60,786 nucleotides of DNA from NCBI GenBank assembly GCA_964399075.1, contig CAYNPK010000004.1, forward strand, positions 1-60,786. The letters are read 5' to 3'. Under the pieces are notes generated by a model that was given only the letters and a program-made list of their open reading frames with translations, was not told where the DNA came from and did no database searches. The position numbers and the translations under genes were made by a program. The stretch is from an uncultured Candidatus Saccharibacteria bacterium. Its GTDB lineage: Bacteria > Patescibacteriota > Minisyncoccia > Phycocordibacterales > JACOZG01. Shown here piece by piece: positions 19,740 to 28,610 of this stretch (its first letter is position 1; each line of letters begins with the position of its first letter).

Positions 19740-20552
19740 ATGACTATAAATTTGTGGTTAGTAATTATTTGCCTCATCTTAATAAGCACTGCTTTAGTGA
19801 CAGCAATAATTTTTAGAGCCCGCTGGAAACAGCTAAAGAAAGATATCTTATCACGCCAACAATCAGTTAGCGTGGTGAGCCATAACCTAAGAACACCCTT
19901 GAGTCGAATTCGTTTCGCCACCACTTCCCTACTCAATGAAATCGTCAGTTTATCGCCGGAACAGCAGAAAAATTTCGAACCATTGGCGCGCCAAATTCTT
20001 ACTGATACTAATCGCCTAACTCGAGGTACTACGGTCCTCTTGGAATTCTCTGAAGTAGTCAGCCATGAACAAACAAGTAACTTTGACTTAACAGATGTTT
20101 CGCAAATTATCCACGAAGTGGTTAATGACTTTCGGCCGACAATGATTTATAAAAACCTAAACTTCAAGGTTGAAGTGCCACCCGAACGATTACCCAAAGT
20201 AACGATGAGCTACTTCTATTTAAAAACGATCCTGGAAATCATTCTGGACAATGCCCAGACCTACACCTCGCTTGGCGGAACAATTAATTTTTCTGTCAAA
20301 AATAACAAAAAGAATTTAATCTTTTCCGTTACGGATAATGGCATCGGCATCAACCAACAAGATTTGGAGCACATCTTCGATCGCTTATACATACCAACCC
20401 GATCAGTGGCTATCAGTGATAGTGGTCAAGGAATGAGTCTGTCGGTTGCTAAAGATATTATCGAGCGATACGGCGGTAAAATTCAAGCCAGCTCGGAGGG
20501 GCCAGGACGAGGAAGCACTTTCTCTTTCTTCTTACCACATGTGGATAATTAA
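19740..20552 (+). CDS. Histidine kinase (single TM, HisKA + HATPase)
   Basis: SHNLRTPL H-box, LDNA N-box, DNGIGI, IFDR, GPGRGSTF. Confidence 0.85.
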   Translation: MTINLWLVIICLILISTALVTAIIFRARWKQLKKDILSRQQSVSVVSHNLRTPLSRIRFATTSLLNEIVSLSPEQQKNFEPLARQILTDTNRLTRGTTVLLEFSEVVSHEQTSNFDLTDVSQIIHEVVNDFRPTMIYKNLNFKVEVPPERLPKVTMSYFYLKTILEIILDNAQTYTSLGGTINFSVKNNKKNLIFSVTDNGIGINQQDLEHIFDRLYIPTRSVAISDSGQGMSLSVAKDIIERYGGKIQASSEGPGRGSTFSFFLPHVDN

Positions 20553-20621
20553 GTGGCGCAATAATCATTTTTAACTCATACTTAGAGAGTCGGTCGATTA
20601 TAAAAAAATAATTAAACAATT

Positions 20622-20825
20622 ATGAAACTAGGTACAATAACTTTCGTTCTTTTAGTCATTGGTGGTCTAAACTGGCTTTTGGTTGGCATAACTGGTTATT
20701 GGGATATTGGCACACTATTAGGTGGCATGGATGCCATCGTGCCAAGAATTATCTACGTCCTCGTTGGTTTGTCAGCGATTTATCAATTATTTGGTGGTAA
20801 AAACAAGAACGAAGCATCAGTCTAA
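20622..20825 (+). CDS. DUF378 small membrane protein
   Basis: LLVIGGLNWLLVG...RIIYVLVGLSAIY. Confidence 0.85.
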   Translation: MKLGTITFVLLVIGGLNWLLVGITGYWDIGTLLGGMDAIVPRIIYVLVGLSAIYQLFGGKNKNEASV

Positions 20826-20836
20826 GTGCTATAGAA

Positions 20837-23548
20837 TTATACCGGGGATCCCCAAGCAAACGCCCTCTTAATCAAGGGCGTTTGCTTTAGTCTACTAATT
20901 AACTTCCTAATCTCTTCAGTCACGACAATCATCAGAGCAACTCCAACAATAATAGACCAGTCGTTTAGATCAAGCGGAACGGTACGGAAGACGCTTTGCA
21001 TCGGCGGCCAATAAACAACCAGCAATTGCAAAGAGGCAGCAATAATACTAGAAATAATTAACCACCGATTAGACCACCACTGACGATTGAAAATGGACCG
21101 AGATTCCGATCGACAATTCCAGGCGTTAAACCATTGGAAAACTGCCAGAATTGTTAGAGCAACGGTTTGAGCCCTCAACACATCAACGGTATTATACAAA
21201 CTAAACAAAGTGAGAGCGCCAATGGTCATAATTGATCCCATCAAGACCATCCGACCAAACATTAACTTATCCACTAACCACCCTTGTGTCTGTTGCCATT
21301 GTCTATCAAGCACTTGACGACTCTTTGGCTCAGCCGCTAAAGCTAAAACCAAGAAACCATCGGTTACCAAATTTAACCAGATTATCTGACTAGCGGTTAA
21401 AGGTATCGGATAACCCAAAGCAATAGCGCCACCAATAGTTAAGACTTCACCCAAACCGGTGGAAAAAAGGTAGAGAACAACTTTTTTAATCGTTCGATAA
21501 ATATTTCGTCCCTCTTCAATCGCATCAACAATACTACCCAAATTATCATCTAATAAAATAATATCGGAAGCTTCTTTAGCCACTTCAGTACCAATCTTCC
21601 CCATCGCCACACCCAAGTCAGCAGCGGCTAGAGACAAAGCATCGTTAACCCCATCACCAGTCATAGCAATAATTTCCCGACGAGACTTATAAGCTTCAAT
21701 AATTTTTAATTTATGTTCCGGAGTTACTCTAGCGAAAATAGTAACCTTATCCAATCTGGCAGCTAATTCTGGTATATCCATGTTCATTAATTCCACACCA
21801 GTAATAGCCTCGTCCCCCTCATGATAAATACCAGCCTGAACTCCAATAGCCTTAGCGGTAATCAAGTGATCGCCAGTAATCATCACCACCCGCACTCCAG
21901 CCTGATGTGATTTAGCCACGGCTTCAGCAACTTCAGCCCTAATTACATCACTCATACCGATAAAACCAACCAGGCACAAGGAACCGGGCTTATTGGTTTT
22001 CAAAACTTTATGAGCCTCGTGTTCAACTGCTAGGGCTAAAACTCGATCGCCAGCGGCTAACATTGACTCTAGAGTCTCCCGCAATCGTGACCTAGTGTTA
22101 TGATCAAGCGACAAGTGACGACCACTAGACCAATAGGTATGACACATGGCCAAAATAACCTCTGGAGCTCCAGCAACAGACAGAATAACTCGACCGTGAT
22201 TGTCCTCATTAACCATAGCGTGATATTGAGTCGTTGAACTAAATGAGAGCTCGAGACGGAGCGGATTATCTTGCAGAAGCTGATCACGCTCGTAAGCTAA
22301 CTTCTGACCAAAAACTAAGAGAGCCGCATCGGTGGGATCGCCGAATTGTCGTTGCCACTCCTTCTCATTTGGATCATAAGCAATATTAGCGTTAGCCAAC
22401 AGGGTAGCAATTTTCCCAGCCAACAATAGGTCTGGATGATCAGGATAATTAATTGCCCTGCCTTCTAAAGTAATATCGCCCTCTGGCGCGTAACCACTGC
22501 CACTAACTTTATATAATTGACCACCAACATATAGACGATTAACCATCATTTGATTCTTGGTAATAGTGCCGGTTTTATCAACCGCAATAACCTTAGCCTG
22601 ACCAAGTGCCTCAACTGCCTGCAAACGTTTAACGAGAGCATTGTGCTTGCTCATTCGCCAAACTCCGGTGGCTAAAATCACCGTAATCACCACTGGCAAA
22701 CCCTCAGGAATTAAAGAAACCGATACCGCGACGACAATAATAAACATTTCGGCCAAGTCAATCCCCCGCCATAACCCTAAGGTTAAAATAATCACCCCAA
22801 AAATAGCAACTAGAATCATCACCAGCCTAGACAATTGACGAATATTCGCCTTAAGTGGCATCTCGGCATCTATTTGCTCAAGAGCTTTAGAAATTTGACC
22901 AATCATTGTTTGTTGACCAGTCGAAACAACCAGAGCCTTGGCTGATCCAGCAAGAACATAAGTGCCACGGAAGATCATGTTCTTTTGTTCCGCTGGTAAC
23001 AGCTCTTTTGGTTCTAAGTCATCAATAATTTTAGTAACTGGTTCAGACTCGCCGGTCAAAGCCGCCTCGTCAATCTGGAGAGAGGTAACTTCAATCAAGC
23101 GAGCGTCAGCTGGCACTTTGTCGCCATCGTTTAATAAGAAAATGTCACCCGGGACCAACTCACGGTCGTCGAGAACGTACTCTCGACCATCGCGAATTAC
23201 CCGAGCACGAGTGGAAACAAAACGACGTAGAGCCTGCAAGGTTTGCTGGGCCCGACCCTCTTGGATTGAGCCGATAGTGGCATTAAGTAATAAAACAAAA
23301 ACAATCACCGCGCCATCAACCCACTCGCCAAGAGCCAGAACGATTATCGCGGCAATCAATAAAACATAAATCAGAGAACTCTGAAATTGCTTGACGAAGA
23401 TTTTGAAAATTGAATCGACTGGCGTCTCCGGCAAAGAATTCGGACCATAAACTTTAAGTCTGTTTGCAACCTCAATTTGAGTCAGGCCAACTTCTGAAGA
23501 TTGGAGATCTTGATAGACTTCAGTTAACTTTTTTTGATACCACAACAT
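20837..23548 (-). CDS. P-type cation (Ca2+-like, type II) ATPase
   Basis: LTGES, IPEGLP, DKTGT phosphorylation site, MITGD, TGDGVND. Confidence 0.95.
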   Translation of the reverse strand: MLWYQKKLTEVYQDLQSSEVGLTQIEVANRLKVYGPNSLPETPVDSIFKIFVKQFQSSLIYVLLIAAIIVLALGEWVDGAVIVFVLLLNATIGSIQEGRAQQTLQALRRFVSTRARVIRDGREYVLDDRELVPGDIFLLNDGDKVPADARLIEVTSLQIDEAALTGESEPVTKIIDDLEPKELLPAEQKNMIFRGTYVLAGSAKALVVSTGQQTMIGQISKALEQIDAEMPLKANIRQLSRLVMILVAIFGVIILTLGLWRGIDLAEMFIIVVAVSVSLIPEGLPVVITVILATGVWRMSKHNALVKRLQAVEALGQAKVIAVDKTGTITKNQMMVNRLYVGGQLYKVSGSGYAPEGDITLEGRAINYPDHPDLLLAGKIATLLANANIAYDPNEKEWQRQFGDPTDAALLVFGQKLAYERDQLLQDNPLRLELSFSSTTQYHAMVNEDNHGRVILSVAGAPEVILAMCHTYWSSGRHLSLDHNTRSRLRETLESMLAAGDRVLALAVEHEAHKVLKTNKPGSLCLVGFIGMSDVIRAEVAEAVAKSHQAGVRVVMITGDHLITAKAIGVQAGIYHEGDEAITGVELMNMDIPELAARLDKVTIFARVTPEHKLKIIEAYKSRREIIAMTGDGVNDALSLAAADLGVAMGKIGTEVAKEASDIILLDDNLGSIVDAIEEGRNIYRTIKKVVLYLFSTGLGEVLTIGGAIALGYPIPLTASQIIWLNLVTDGFLVLALAAEPKSRQVLDRQWQQTQGWLVDKLMFGRMVLMGSIMTIGALTLFSLYNTVDVLRAQTVALTILAVFQWFNAWNCRSESRSIFNRQWWSNRWLIISSIIAASLQLLVVYWPPMQSVFRTVPLDLNDWSIIVGVALMIVVTEEIRKLISRLKQTPLIKRAFAWGSPV

Positions 23549-25199
23549 TCTTTTTTACATTTTTCATAGCAGCTTTAATAAAAGATAAGAATAGCGGATG
23601 AGGTTTAAGCGGAGCCGATTTAAATTCCGGATGAAATTGACAACCTAAGAAAAAGGGGTGAATCGACTTAGGCAACTCAACAATTTCCATTAAACGACCA
23701 TCCGGCGAAGTCCCCGAGAACACCAAACCGGCAGAGGTAAGCAACTGAATAAACCTTGGATTAACTTCGTAACGATGGCGGTGACGCTCGTTAATTTGCA
23801 ACTGACGATAAGCTTGATAAGCCAGAGTGCCACGCTTAATAAGGGCTGGTTGAGATCCCAAGCGCATCGTGCCACCAAAGTTCTGATTACTAACATTTTC
23901 CGTTTGCTCTAACATCAGATCAATGACCGGAGACTTTGTTTCCAGATCAATTTCTGTAGTATGTGCATCCGGCAAACCAGCAACGTGACGAGCAAATTCA
24001 ACAACCGCTAATTGCATGCCATAGCATAAACCCAAATAGGGAATGCCTCTCTCGCGAACATACTTAATTACATTGATCTTACCGGCCACACCACGCTCGC
24101 CGAAACCGCCAGGGACTAGAATTCCGTGATACTGATCGAGATTCTTAAGTTGCTTCAGACCAGCGGAAGACTCGTAGTCACCAGCATCAAGCCAATCGAG
24201 TTCTAGACGACGATTTAGGGCACCAGTGGCGTGCTTAAGCGATTCAATAATCGAAATATAAACATCCGACAAGACGAAATCGCCAGTCTTAAAATATTTA
24301 CCAACGATACCAATCCGCACCGGCTTGGTGGCTCGCCTCATCTTGAGCGCCATTGCTTGCCACTCCTTCATGTCAGTTTGATTAGTCTTGAGTTGGAGTA
24401 AACGCAAAACGGTCGAGCTCAAATTATCAGCCTCAAAATTTAGCGGAATATCATAAATATTATCCACATCGGGAGCAGAAATAATGTGCTCAACAGGCAC
24501 ATTGCTGGAGAGAGCAATTTTCTCTTTGCGCTTCTTGTCAATCAGTCTATCACTGCGGGCAATAATAATATCAGGATGCACACCGTAAGAATTAAGGGAG
24601 CGAACGGCGTATTGAGTTGGCTTGGTCTTCATCTCCCCAATCTTAGACGGCACCGGCAGATAGCTAACCAGAACAAACAGCACATCAGTCGGATGTCTTA
24701 ATTTTAGAATGCGAGCTGCTTCAATAAAAATGGCGTTCTGATATTCGCCAACGGTTCCGCCGATTTCAATCAAAGTAACATCCGCTTTTGTTAGATCAGT
24801 AGAGGCCTTGATGCGTCGCAAGATCTCGGCAGAGATGTAAGGCACTGGATCGACGCACTTACCACCATAACCCAAGGCGCGCTCCTTATCGATTACATAC
24901 TTATAAACCATCCCACTGGTCATATAATTCTCAGGCGGAATACTCTGACCAAGAAAACGCTCATAGTTGCCCATGTCTTGATCGCACTCCAAACCGGAAT
25001 CTAAGACGAAAACTTCGCCATGCTCAATTGGATTCATCGTCCCAGCGTCGACATTGAGATAAGGATCGATCTTCATCGGGTTAACAACCAAGCCACGCGC
25101 CTGGAGAATCTTGGCGATAGAGGCGGTAGTGATGCCCTTGCCAACGCCAGACATTACACCACCGATAATAAAAATGTATTTATGTTTGCTTGCTGACAT
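23520..25199 (-). CDS. pyrG: CTP synthase
   Basis: GGVMSGVGKG, KIDPYLNVD, KTKPTQ, PGGFGERG, LGLCYGMQ, QFHPEF. Confidence 0.98.
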   Translation of the reverse strand: MSASKHKYIFIIGGVMSGVGKGITTASIAKILQARGLVVNPMKIDPYLNVDAGTMNPIEHGEVFVLDSGLECDQDMGNYERFLGQSIPPENYMTSGMVYKYVIDKERALGYGGKCVDPVPYISAEILRRIKASTDLTKADVTLIEIGGTVGEYQNAIFIEAARILKLRHPTDVLFVLVSYLPVPSKIGEMKTKPTQYAVRSLNSYGVHPDIIIARSDRLIDKKRKEKIALSSNVPVEHIISAPDVDNIYDIPLNFEADNLSSTVLRLLQLKTNQTDMKEWQAMALKMRRATKPVRIGIVGKYFKTGDFVLSDVYISIIESLKHATGALNRRLELDWLDAGDYESSAGLKQLKNLDQYHGILVPGGFGERGVAGKINVIKYVRERGIPYLGLCYGMQLAVVEFARHVAGLPDAHTTEIDLETKSPVIDLMLEQTENVSNQNFGGTMRLGSQPALIKRGTLAYQAYRQLQINERHRHRYEVNPRFIQLLTSAGLVFSGTSPDGRLMEIVELPKSIHPFFLGCQFHPEFKSAPLKPHPLFLSFIKAAMKNVKKNVVVSKKVN

Positions 25200-26116
25200 C
25201 AGACTCGGAGATGCCGACGAATGGCCAGGAAACTAGCGACCATGCCCAAGACCACACCCGACACCAACAAGATCAAGAAAATAGAAGCAAAGTGTTCAAG
25301 GAAATAAGAAGTTAGATTAATGCCACCATAGACGCCGGCGGTTTTAGTTCGAATCCAAATCGTCGCTGGATAGAGCAAGACAACAGCAATAATCGAAGCA
25401 ATAAACCCGGAGATAACTCCCTCAATAATGAAGGGTCCTCGGACATAATTATTACCAGCGCCAACTAACTTCATTAGAGAAATCTCTTCGCGAGAAATAT
25501 AAATGGCCAGAGAAATAGTGTTAAAGGTAACAATAATAGAAGTGAAAATGAGAACCAGAGCAATTGCCCAACCGACAGTTTTAGAAGTATTAATAATTCT
25601 AATCAATCTATCGATCACGTCTTTCTTAAAACTAATTTGGTCGATAATTATTTCGCCACTAGAAGAACGGGAGCTATCACTCTCGAGAAACTTAGCTACA
25701 TTCTCATAACGCCCAGGGTCAGTTGAGATAATATTGAGACGAGCGCCAAAGGGGTTACCAATCTCATCTAGTGAACGAATGACTAAACTATTATTCTCGT
25801 TACGCTGACGGAAGTCGGCCAACTCCTCTTCGCGCGAGCTGTAGTGAACTGACTTAATTTCAACCAAAGACTCCAGAGTTTTCTGTAACTCCAAGACCTC
25901 GGTCTCCGGCACTTCGGGATAGAAAGAAACACTAATATCGACCTTCTCTTGAATCGCCAGCAGTGAAGAATTAAAGAAAGCGCCAGATAAAATGAGAGCA
26001 CCAATGACAAACAAAGTTACGGTAATCGTCACAATAGAAGCTAGAGAAACAATAGGATTACGCCAGAAGCTAAGCAACCCCCAACGAAAAATTCTTTTAA
26101 GATTAATTAGCAACAT
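25199..26116 (-). CDS. ftsX: Cell division permease FtsX
   Basis: FNTISLAIY..REEI..MKLVGA...VRGPFIIEG; follows ftsE. Confidence 0.92.
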   Translation of the reverse strand: MLLINLKRIFRWGLLSFWRNPIVSLASIVTITVTLFVIGALILSGAFFNSSLLAIQEKVDISVSFYPEVPETEVLELQKTLESLVEIKSVHYSSREEELADFRQRNENNSLVIRSLDEIGNPFGARLNIISTDPGRYENVAKFLESDSSRSSSGEIIIDQISFKKDVIDRLIRIINTSKTVGWAIALVLIFTSIIVTFNTISLAIYISREEISLMKLVGAGNNYVRGPFIIEGVISGFIASIIAVVLLYPATIWIRTKTAGVYGGINLTSYFLEHFASIFLILLVSGVVLGMVASFLAIRRHLRV

Positions 26117-26121
26117 AAAAA

Positions 26122-26802
26122 TTACAAAATATATTTACCAACTTTATTATCACGAGTAATACGACCGTTCTCCAAAGTGATCACTCTCTTGCCCAAAGAA
26201 TCAATGACTGACTTATTGTGAGTGGTTAAAATCACCGTGGTGCCGACTTCGTTTATTTTACGCAAAATTTCAATAATTTCAAAAGTATTAATCGGATCAA
26301 GATTACCAGTCGGCTCATCAGCTAATAATAAATCTGGCTGATTAACAATCGCTCTAGCAATCGCCACTCGCTGACGCTCGCCACCGGATAATTCACTGGG
26401 GAAACTCCACATCTTGTGGCTTAGGCCAACCAGATCCAAGACATGAGGGACATCGGCTTCAATCTCCTCATCATTACGACCGGAGGCCTCCATCACGAAG
26501 GCGACATTCTCAAAAATTGTTTTAGCCGGCAAGAGGCGAAAATCTTGAAAGATGCTCCCAATCCGACGACGTAAACGAGGCACCTGATTCTTCGCCAAAG
26601 AATGAATATCTGTAGAGTTAAAAAAGACTTTACCGGAACTTGGCCTCTCCTCGGCCAGAATCATTTTGAGAAGTGTACTCTTGCCAGCGCCGGAATGGCC
26701 GACAATAGAAATAAATTGCTGAGGCTCAACAGTGAAAGTGATGTCATCAAGAGCGACAGACTGATCGCGATAGACTTTAGAAACTTTATCAAAAAAAATC
26801 AT
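26122..26802 (-). CDS. ftsE: Cell division ATP-binding protein FtsE
   Basis: GHSGAGKS, IFQDFRLL, LSGGERQR, ADEPTGNLD. Confidence 0.93.
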   Translation of the reverse strand: MIFFDKVSKVYRDQSVALDDITFTVEPQQFISIVGHSGAGKSTLLKMILAEERPSSGKVFFNSTDIHSLAKNQVPRLRRRIGSIFQDFRLLPAKTIFENVAFVMEASGRNDEEIEADVPHVLDLVGLSHKMWSFPSELSGGERQRVAIARAIVNQPDLLLADEPTGNLDPINTFEIIEILRKINEVGTTVILTTHNKSVIDSLGKRVITLENGRITRDNKVGKYIL

Positions 26803-26811
26803 TTGGTTTAA

Positions 26812-27684
26812 TTAAATTTTAGCAGTTAGAAAAATGTCAATTTGTCCAGCCATCACCGCTTCCACATCATGAGTTTCTACACCGGTGCGATGATCCTTAA
26901 CCATTTTGTAAGGATGGAAAACGTAAGAACGAATCTGACTACCCCACTCAATCTCTGTCGTCTTACTGATGTACATGCCCTGCTCTTTAGCCAATCTCTC
27001 TTCCTCCTGTCGTTTGTACAACTTGCCCTTCAGAATCACTAGGGCTTGATCACGATTACGCTCTTGAGTGCGTTCATTGGAGGAATGAGCGGATAAATTG
27101 GTTGGCAGGTGGACAATCCGCACCGCTGTTTCCCGCTTGTTGACATTCTGCCCCCCGGGACCGCTAGAGCGAGAGAACTCAATCTTCAAATCAGCGGGGT
27201 CAATAGTGACCTCTTCACCCTTCTTAAACTCCGGAATGACTTCGACTAAAGCAAAAGAAGTGTGACGCAACTTCTTGGCGTTGAAGGGAGAGATCCGCAC
27301 GAGCCGGTGGACTCCCGACTCACCCTTTAATATACCATAAGCCTTAGATCCTTGCACCAAAAAAGTGATATTGCGATAACCACCATGATCATTCTGATTC
27401 TGGTGAAGCAAAACAATAGTCAAACCGGCCTTCTCGGCCCAATGCCAATACATTTCGCACAAGAGACGCGAGAAATCTTCCGCATCATCCCCACCGGCGC
27501 CAGCAAAAATAGTAATAATCGCATTACCGGAATCATATTTCCCCTCACCGGCCAATTGCCGTTTCAACTCATTAAATTCGGCCACCTTCTCCTGCGCCTC
27601 GCGTTTATCAGACCAGAAGCCGGGCAAGCCCATTTCTTGTTCCAGTTGTTTAATTTTCTGCGTGAGTTCTTGCTTATTCACCAT
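26812..27684 (-). CDS. prfB: Peptide chain release factor 2 (compact)
   Basis: GESGVHRLVRISPF (SPF), SSGPGGQNVNK (GGQ), WGSQIRSYV. Confidence 0.92.
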   Translation of the reverse strand: MVNKQELTQKIKQLEQEMGLPGFWSDKREAQEKVAEFNELKRQLAGEGKYDSGNAIITIFAGAGGDDAEDFSRLLCEMYWHWAEKAGLTIVLLHQNQNDHGGYRNITFLVQGSKAYGILKGESGVHRLVRISPFNAKKLRHTSFALVEVIPEFKKGEEVTIDPADLKIEFSRSSGPGGQNVNKRETAVRIVHLPTNLSAHSSNERTQERNRDQALVILKGKLYKRQEEERLAKEQGMYISKTTEIEWGSQIRSYVFHPYKMVKDHRTGVETHDVEAVMAGQIDIFLTAKI

Positions 27685-27741
27685 AACAATCTAATTCAGG
27701 ATTTTCCATAACCCTAATTTTATCAAAAATTCTTAATCTCA

Positions 27742-27770
27742 ACCACCCCAGCTTAGGAAGCTGGGGTGGT
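27742..27770. other. Perfect 13-bp hairpin 3' of VR (candidate DGR cis element)
   Basis: accaccccagctt-agg-aagctggggtggt, 9 bp past the stop codon, no U-tract in the coding direction. Confidence 0.6.
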
Positions 27771-27779
27771 AATCAAGGT

Positions 27780-28601
27780 TCAAATCTCAAGAAGAACGAC
27801 CCGATCATCGGCACCCCAAGCACTGCCGAGCCAGCCAGCGCTACGGTGCCAAGCCGACCCATTCCAGTAAGCGTAAGGCACACACCAGCTGCCATAGGAG
27901 TCACGGAGGAGAGAACCAGGGAAGTAGAACCAAGAGCTTTTGTCTTTTAAGATGTCTGGAGTTTTGTCGGGGTTCTTCTCTAGCCAATGCCAGTATTCTA
28001 CTCCAGGCAAGTGGTGGGTGTTGGCGTAGGTGTCAGTGATATATTGGAAGACTTCTGATCGTGGTTTGCCATTGTAAGCAGAGAGATCGGGAATGAAGAT
28101 TTTAGCTTGTTCGAAGTCCAGAGCTTGAGTCTCGGGGTTTAAGGTGTATTCACCGAATTTGGTTTTGTCTATGTCTGTTTTCAACGTCTCGTAGTCTTGA
28201 TCTTCGGGTTTGATGAGAGTGGGAGTAAAGCCAGTTTCTGGGGTACCGAAGATCTTGAGGTCGTCTTGGTATTGCTCATTGAGAGCTTCAAGGTCTAGCT
28301 CTGGTTCTTGAGGTAGCTCCTCACCAGAGTCTAGAGTAGCTTGGAGACTGTCGAGACGGTGGTCGGCTCTCGAGAGTTCTCCTTGCAGGCGGAGTTTCCT
28401 CGCTTCACCACTGCCTGGTTCTTCTCCTTCTTGGTCTTCGAATTCACCTTGGGCCAGTTTCTCATCATAGATATCCAATCTAGCAAGAGTTTGTTGACGG
28501 AGCTTGGCGATGCGTTGAGTGAGAGCTTGACGGAGAGCCTCTTGAGTTTGAGGTTCTCTCTCGTTTGCTTGAGCCAGCTGGTGGAGGGATTCTGGGATCA
28601 T
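27780..28601 (-). CDS. DGR target-like protein, copy 1 (acidic coiled-coil N-terminus, CLec-type variable C-terminus)
   Basis: C-terminal ~130 aa paralogous to the AAA+ protein C-terminus; ends GSLLRDSYGSWCVPYAYWNGSAWHRSAGWLGSAWGADDRVVLLEI. Confidence 0.85.
   Translation of the reverse strand: MIPESLHQLAQANEREPQTQEALRQALTQRIAKLRQQTLARLDIYDEKLAQGEFEDQEGEEPGSGEARKLRLQGELSRADHRLDSLQATLDSGEELPQEPELDLEALNEQYQDDLKIFGTPETGFTPTLIKPEDQDYETLKTDIDKTKFGEYTLNPETQALDFEQAKIFIPDLSAYNGKPRSEVFQYITDTYANTHHLPGVEYWHWLEKNPDKTPDILKDKSSWFYFPGSLLRDSYGSWCVPYAYWNGSAWHRSAGWLGSAWGADDRVVLLEI
27787..27917 (-). repeat. DGR variable region (VR), allele A
   Basis: 131 bp; 13 differences from 31390-31520, all at positions 1-2 of NNY codons. 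Confidence 0.88.
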
Positions 28602-28610
28602 ATTATAAAT

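Larger units (their letters stand above)
27741..28604. repeat. 864-bp direct repeat, copy 1 (small VR gene plus hairpin)
   Basis: Matches 30523-31386 (offset 2782); identical translations, and I saw no nucleotide difference. Confidence 0.95.

Noticed and set aside
20854-20887. 13-bp hairpin at the P-type ATPase 3' end
   Set aside because: Adequately explained as a terminator between convergent genes.
27685-27745. tRNA-derived att duplication bounding the AAA+/vWA operon
   Set aside because: No copy of the tRNA-Thr 3' end or integrase seen, so the operon is not called a mobile element.
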